A program made the position numbers and the translations under genes. From Candidatus Pacebacteria bacterium CG2_30_36_39 (GTDB lineage Bacteria; Patescibacteriota; Microgenomatia; UBA1400; PJMF01), in contig MNZB01000003.1 of the NCBI GenBank assembly GCA_001873435.1, positions 70,427-134,426 of the forward strand: 64,000 nt of DNA. The letters are read 5' to 3'. Position 1 is the first letter of the stretch. Each line of letters begins with the position of its first letter. The notes beneath the pieces are model-generated. The model worked only from the letters and a program-made list of their open reading frames with translations. It was not told the origin of the DNA and did no database searches. Below, one piece after another: positions 59,786 to 64,000 of the stretch.

Positions 59786-60826
59786 ATGCGAATTTTAAAG
59801 ATTTTCTTTACTGCCATTTTCGCTTTGTTGGTCATTGGTTTCTTTGGTGGCTTGATGATGCGAGAGATTCTTTTGGTTGCGGCTCTAGGCCAAATAAAGA
59901 GCGACATTAAATATCTCAATAACCTTCCCCCGGAGGGAGATTTATTCAAACGATGTTTAGAGTATGGTGGTAGTTCATTTGTTGATGATGGCCAGCCAGT
60001 GATGAAGAATCAACTACGTTTTATTTCAGATAGAGAGTATGTTTTGGAGTCTGTTTGTCAGGTCACTAGTTCTTTACGTACTGTTATTAAGAATAAGAAT
60101 CTACCTCCCTTAGTTAGAAGAGTTAAGGGTCAATCCGGATATATTCAAGGTCAAGAAAATCATGGTTTGGAAGTTTCAATTTTTGGTCGCAATGGCATTG
60201 TTTATGATGAGGTTGGTTTACTCGCTAGCTCTACTCATGTTGATGTTGATTCTAGTGTGATTGTTAATGATGGACCAGCTACTGTGTGCGGTGGTTATGG
60301 TTACCAGTGTTGTGATGATGTTTATCAGGTGGGCCAAGAATTTCAACAAACAAATGCACTTGATTGTCCTAAATCTTGCTATGCGGGATGTCAAGAAAAA
60401 CCAGTTGCCTTAACTTTTAACACTGATCCCCCAGCTAATGAGGTGACTAAAACTATTTTTATTACTTCTGGGGATTATATGGATTTTATTTATACTATTA
60501 GTGATGTTGGTGGGGATGTTTTTTCTCAAGACAAACTTTTTGGGGCAGAGGCTGATAAATTGACTCTAATGGATAAGTTTTTTAAGATTTTAGATAAATA
60601 TGCTGGTGCCGATCAGGCCAAGCAAAATAATTATAAAATTACTCTTTCCTTTGGAGATGGTACTAGCGAAAACATTAATGAGCTTAATGGCAAGATCCCA
60701 CATACGTATACTTGCCCCGGCCCCTCTCTTTGTGTGTACAATGCAGTACTACAGGCTGAAGCTGAGGGCGGTATTAAAAGTACTTTGGGTGGTGTAGCTA
60801 AAATTCAAGTTCAAGTTAAGCCGTAG
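59786..60826 (+). CDS. hypothetical Cys-rich extracytoplasmic protein with N-terminal TM anchor (pilus-locus associated)
   Basis: One TM helix then a 300-aa domain with at least 12 Cys (CGGYGYQCCDD..CPKSCYAGC..CPGPSLC). Confidence 0.55.
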   Translation: MRILKIFFTAIFALLVIGFFGGLMMREILLVAALGQIKSDIKYLNNLPPEGDLFKRCLEYGGSSFVDDGQPVMKNQLRFISDREYVLESVCQVTSSLRTVIKNKNLPPLVRRVKGQSGYIQGQENHGLEVSIFGRNGIVYDEVGLLASSTHVDVDSSVIVNDGPATVCGGYGYQCCDDVYQVGQEFQQTNALDCPKSCYAGCQEKPVALTFNTDPPANEVTKTIFITSGDYMDFIYTISDVGGDVFSQDKLFGAEADKLTLMDKFFKILDKYAGADQAKQNNYKITLSFGDGTSENINELNGKIPHTYTCPGPSLCVYNAVLQAEAEGGIKSTLGGVAKIQVQVKP

Positions 60827-60834
60827 AGGGAAAT

Positions 60835-61287
60835 ATGAGAAAAATAAATTTTATTCAGAAAAAAAACTTAGCAGGCTTTAGTTTACTTGAGCTCTTAGTG
60901 GTAATCTCTATTATGGGTATTTTGATTTCTTTGGGTGTAGTGGCTTTTAGTACAGTGCAGAAAAAAGGTCGAGATGCTCGTCGCCGAACTGATATTAAGG
61001 CTATGCAAGATGCTTTTGAGCAGTACAAGGCTGAGAATACCACTTATACAACTTGTTCTGCTATGGCAGGTTATGATGGTGGTACTGGTCCAATTATGCC
61101 TGGTGGATTGCCAAGTGATCCAAAAAGTGCTGATAGTTATGTTTACAACACCGCTACTGGCTGTGATGCTACTGGTTACTGTGTTTGTGCTTTACTAGAA
61201 GGTGGCTCTGGTAATTCTAGCGCTCCCTCTGCTGCTGACTGTAACTTTGGAGCTGGTAATTATTATTGTCTAACAAATTTACAATGA
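60835..61287 (+). CDS. type IV minor pilin / pseudopilin
   Basis: Prepilin signal G/FSLLELLVVISIMGIL. Confidence 0.7.
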   Translation: MRKINFIQKKNLAGFSLLELLVVISIMGILISLGVVAFSTVQKKGRDARRRTDIKAMQDAFEQYKAENTTYTTCSAMAGYDGGTGPIMPGGLPSDPKSADSYVYNTATGCDATGYCVCALLEGGSGNSSAPSAADCNFGAGNYYCLTNLQ

Positions 61288-61691
61288 AAAAAAATATTTT
61301 GAAAAAGAAAAATGGCTTCTCAATGATTGAGCTCTTGGTAGTAACAACTATCATGATTATTTTGACTACTATTGCTTTGGTTAGTTATCGACAGGCAACT
61401 CAAAATAGTCGTAATGCCAAGCGCAAGACAGACATGGAGATTGTTAGACAACAACTTATTTTGTATCGCAGTGATAATGGTTGTTATCCATCAACTGCTA
61501 CTTATCTTGGTATGATCACTGAAATCGGTGAATATCTCAATGATATTCCCTATGACCCACAGGGTTCAGCCGCTAGCCCAGGATATACTTATGTTCCATC
61601 TGGTACTTGTCAGGGAACTGGTGCGTCTGGCTTTACCCTTGGTGCCACTCTTGAGCCAGATAGCACTGCTTATACAGTGCAGAATCCATAA
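61284..61691 (+). CDS. type IV minor pilin / pseudopilin
   Basis: Prepilin signal G/FSMIELLVVTTIMIIL. Start at MKKNIL gives a 4-nt ATGA overlap. The ORF track start is 61266. Confidence 0.65.
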   Translation: MKKNILKKKNGFSMIELLVVTTIMIILTTIALVSYRQATQNSRNAKRKTDMEIVRQQLILYRSDNGCYPSTATYLGMITEIGEYLNDIPYDPQGSAASPGYTYVPSGTCQGTGASGFTLGATLEPDSTAYTVQNP

Positions 61692-61702
61692 CAAAAAGAG
61701 TT

Positions 61703-62203
61703 ATGAGCTATAAATTTAGTCAATCTAAAAAAACTGGTTTTACCCTAATTGAGTTGTTGGTATCTGTTGCTATTGGCTTAGTTTTATCTAGTTTTGCTAT
61801 TGGTAGTTTTTTAGATTATCTCGATAAAAAAAATGTTAGTAATGCAGTGGATGAGCTAAAAGCATTTTTTCAAAAAGCAGAATCAGATGCTAAAGTTGGA
61901 AACTTAGGTGGTTGCAATCAATTAGCTGGTTATAGAGTTACTAGTAGTAAAACTGGCAATATTACTAGGGTAACTTCTCAAGCAGTATGTATTGTTGGCA
62001 CACCAGGATTGGCAAAATCATTTGAAATTGAGCAAAATATAGATATTACTCCAAACCTTGATTTAACTTTTAAGGTTTTGCATGCTGGAGTAGATATTGC
62101 TGGTGGTTTGGCTAGTACTGATATTACCGTTGCCAATGAAAATAATACTTATGTTTTTACTGTTTTTAGAGAAGGAAGATTTAGTGAGGGCTCTTGGCAA
62201 TGA
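61703..62203 (+). CDS. type IV minor pilin / pseudopilin
   Basis: Prepilin signal G/FTLIELLVSVAIGLVL. Confidence 0.7.
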   Translation: MSYKFSQSKKTGFTLIELLVSVAIGLVLSSFAIGSFLDYLDKKNVSNAVDELKAFFQKAESDAKVGNLGGCNQLAGYRVTSSKTGNITRVTSQAVCIVGTPGLAKSFEIEQNIDITPNLDLTFKVLHAGVDIAGGLASTDITVANENNTYVFTVFREGRFSEGSWQ

Positions 62204-62667
62204 TTAAAGTATTAAGAGGTTCTAGTTTAATAGAGTTGATTGTGGCTACTGGTGTAATGGCTTTGGTTTTAACTGCGATTGTTGCTGGCTTAACGCTTTC
62301 TTTGAAGATTGGCGCTGATTCTGAATATCGAACTCAGGCTGTAAAAAGAGCTCAAGAAGGAATGGAGGTTTTCCGTCGAGAAAGAACGCTATTGGGTTGG
62401 GATTTATTTGTTAATTCTTTGCGAGCAAGCACTACTTATTGTTTAGCTACTCTACCCGCTCCAAAAGTAGCTTTTACGCCAGGGCTTTGTTCTTCTTCTG
62501 ATGTTTTAATTATTTCTAGTCAAGAGTTTTTTCGTGAAGCTACGGTGACTATTGATGAAACCAATCCTACTGATCCTCTGGTTAAGATAACTGTTACAGT
62601 TTCTTGGGCGGCAGATGAAAAGGCTAAAGATGTGGTTTTACCTCAGACTTTTCGCAAATGGGATTAG
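62200..62667 (+). CDS. type IV minor pilin-like protein
   Basis: Degenerate prepilin signal G/SSLIELIVATGVMALVL. ATG at 62200 (ATGA overlap with the upstream stop). Confidence 0.6.
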   Translation: MIKVLRGSSLIELIVATGVMALVLTAIVAGLTLSLKIGADSEYRTQAVKRAQEGMEVFRRERTLLGWDLFVNSLRASTTYCLATLPAPKVAFTPGLCSSSDVLIISSQEFFREATVTIDETNPTDPLVKITVTVSWAADEKAKDVVLPQTFRKWD

Positions 62668-63257
62668 TTGTTTCTTAGGGTGATTCCAGTCTGAAAACTT
62701 TCCAAAGCTGTATCTCTGTCACTTATGTTGGAACTGCCGATTTTGAGGTCAAAGGTGATTCCTACGTAGTAAGAATCTTCTTCCCCGCTCAAACACATAA
62801 ATCTTAAATTAGACATAGCAACTTCATCTGAGGTGAGATAGTAGTAGTCGTTGACAGCGGTGGAGTACGAGGCGATGCGACCATTTTCAAGTGGATAGGT
62901 TTGTAGAGTTGTTATATATCCGTCTAGTCCTTGAACTGCGATGTTGGTCATTGGTGATTGGGCATCGTTATTGCAAATGGTTGTGCCATCTAGTCCTGCT
63001 ACTAGTTTTTGTGAGTTGCGGAGGATAAATTCTATTTTGGCTAGCGCCGCTTCTCCTTCGCTGTTTACTTTCTGTTCAATGCTGGCTTTGGTAGATGAAA
63101 TGATAAATGTTAGGAACATAGTAGTAACGGTCATCATGACTAATACGGTTAAAGCAGTTACTACGATTAGTTCGATTAGAGTAAAACCTGATAAGGTGTT
63201 GATGTGGGTTTTTCTCATGTTTTTATTGTAAGCTTTTTGGTTGGATTTCTCTTGCAT
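62664..63257 (-). CDS. type IV minor pilin / pseudopilin
   Basis: Prepilin signal G/FTLIELIVVTALTVLVMM. Convergent with the preceding gene. Confidence 0.7.
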   Translation of the reverse strand: MQEKSNQKAYNKNMRKTHINTLSGFTLIELIVVTALTVLVMMTVTTMFLTFIISSTKASIEQKVNSEGEAALAKIEFILRNSQKLVAGLDGTTICNNDAQSPMTNIAVQGLDGYITTLQTYPLENGRIASYSTAVNDYYYLTSDEVAMSNLRFMCLSGEEDSYYVGITFDLKIGSSNISDRDTALESFQTGITLRNN

Positions 63258-64000
63258 AGAAATGAGCAGACTTCATTTTTCCAGGGATATTGACGGTTAG
63301 GTCTGGGCGGAAGATAAAGACTTCAGCTGGCTCCTGGTTGTTTACCGAGTTGTCTCCTGGTACTGCGAAGCTACGGTTGAGTTGAATGCCTTCCCAGCCT
63401 ACAAAGGTGCCTGCGCCAATGAATTTTTTGTCGCTTACATCTTGTAGTCCGTCTATTCTTATAATTTTGTCGGTAATAAAAACACCCTCCACTAAAGGAG
63501 CATTAGCGGTTCTGGGATTGAAGGTGGCGTTTGTGTGACCGACGTTGGCTGAGATGTTGATGTTGCCATGAACGATAAAGGCTAAAAATCCTATGTTTCC
63601 TTTTTCTACTGTGATAATTTGTTGGTCTGTTCCGCTGGTGTCGTCAATGTTTAGGTCTCCGTTGATAAAGACAATGATTTGTTCAGAGTTTGTGACGTGC
63701 CAAGAGTTTAAGTCGTTGATAGTAAAGTTTCCTTCATGAAGGTAGATGCCTGGGTTGGTGCTTGGTACTGGTTTTTGTGAGCTGGGTAGGTTAATGGCTT
63801 CTTTTTGCATTTTTTTGTAGAAATAGTTGTATCCTTCTTCTGGTAAGTCAAAGCTCATGGCGTTAGCTTGAATAGCGTTGCTTCTGCTGGTGGTGGTATG
63901 TAAAAAAACGTTGCCTGTGGTTTGGCTGGTAGAGATTTTTCCTTGGTTGGTAAAGGCAAAACCAGGACTTTCCATGTTCATGTCGATATCACTATCTATT
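63223..64000 (-). CDS. hypothetical large pilus-associated protein (partial, may continue past right edge)
   Basis: No in-frame stop between the listed ATG 63981 and the window end. Beta-rich sequence. Possibly a PilY1/tip-adhesin-like protein. Confidence 0.45.
   Translation of the reverse strand, partial: IDSDIDMNMESPGFAFTNQGKISTSQTTGNVFLHTTTSRSNAIQANAMSFDLPEEGYNYFYKKMQKEAINLPSSQKPVPSTNPGIYLHEGNFTINDLNSWHVTNSEQIIVFINGDLNIDDTSGTDQQIITVEKGNIGFLAFIVHGNINISANVGHTNATFNPRTANAPLVEGVFITDKIIRIDGLQDVSDKKFIGAGTFVGWEGIQLNRSFAVPGDNSVNNQEPAEVFIFRPDLTVNIPGKMKSAHFYAREIQPKSLQ

Overview
The window is a low-GC (about 35-38%), gene-dense chromosomal segment of a small-genome bacterium. From gene content it is most consistent with a CPR/Patescibacteria-like organism: a type IV pilus locus with six pilin-like genes, a short EF-Ts, many short hypothetical membrane or secreted proteins, and no biosynthetic operons. 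The standard genetic code is in use (TGA terminates recR).

Most of the window is housekeeping genes:
- tmk-recR-hpf, cysS, radC, tgt.
- A glycosyltransferase/oxidoreductase cluster (GT2, cupin, Gfo/Idh/MocA, SDR).
- A kinase-like/NUDIX/HD nucleotide-metabolism trio, then ychF.
- The rpsF-ssb-rpsR operon, glmS, an S41 C-terminal protease, and an MFS transporter.
- A minus-strand hisS-rpmE-prfA operon.
- Two tRNA-Ala genes (CGC and GGC anticodons) and one tRNA-Leu.
- dnaB, lgt-lspA, rluA-family, glyA-nfo-folD, rpsB-tsf, and yebC.
- xerC/D-like recombinase, gyrA-ppaC-gyrB-holB.
- The pilB-pilT-pilC-pilA-pilD type IV pilus locus with five minor pilins.

Two regions are not explained by ordinary coding. 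The first is a compact promoter / leaderless 16-codon ORF with three consecutive His codons / antiterminator-terminator arrangement. It sits immediately upstream of hisS and reads like a classic ribosome-mediated attenuator for a His-tRNA synthetase. The second is a roughly 3.3 kb gene-poor AT-rich locus (43260-46446). It contains only a Xer-type tyrosine recombinase and a tRNA-Ala. The recombinase is flanked on both sides by the same ATTAGCAG-N(11-13)-CTGCTAAT dif-like inverted repeat. The locus also holds a DnaA-box / three-iteron (GGGAAGTGAT) / DnaA-box cluster, a four-fold TTGATATATCAA-type palindromic motif, and an orphan intrinsic terminator.

Smaller observations: a shared extended -10 element (TGATATAAT) in front of three ribosomal-protein operons, candidate rpsF and rpsB leader structures, and a partial membrane-protein CDS at the left edge that is missing from the ORF track.
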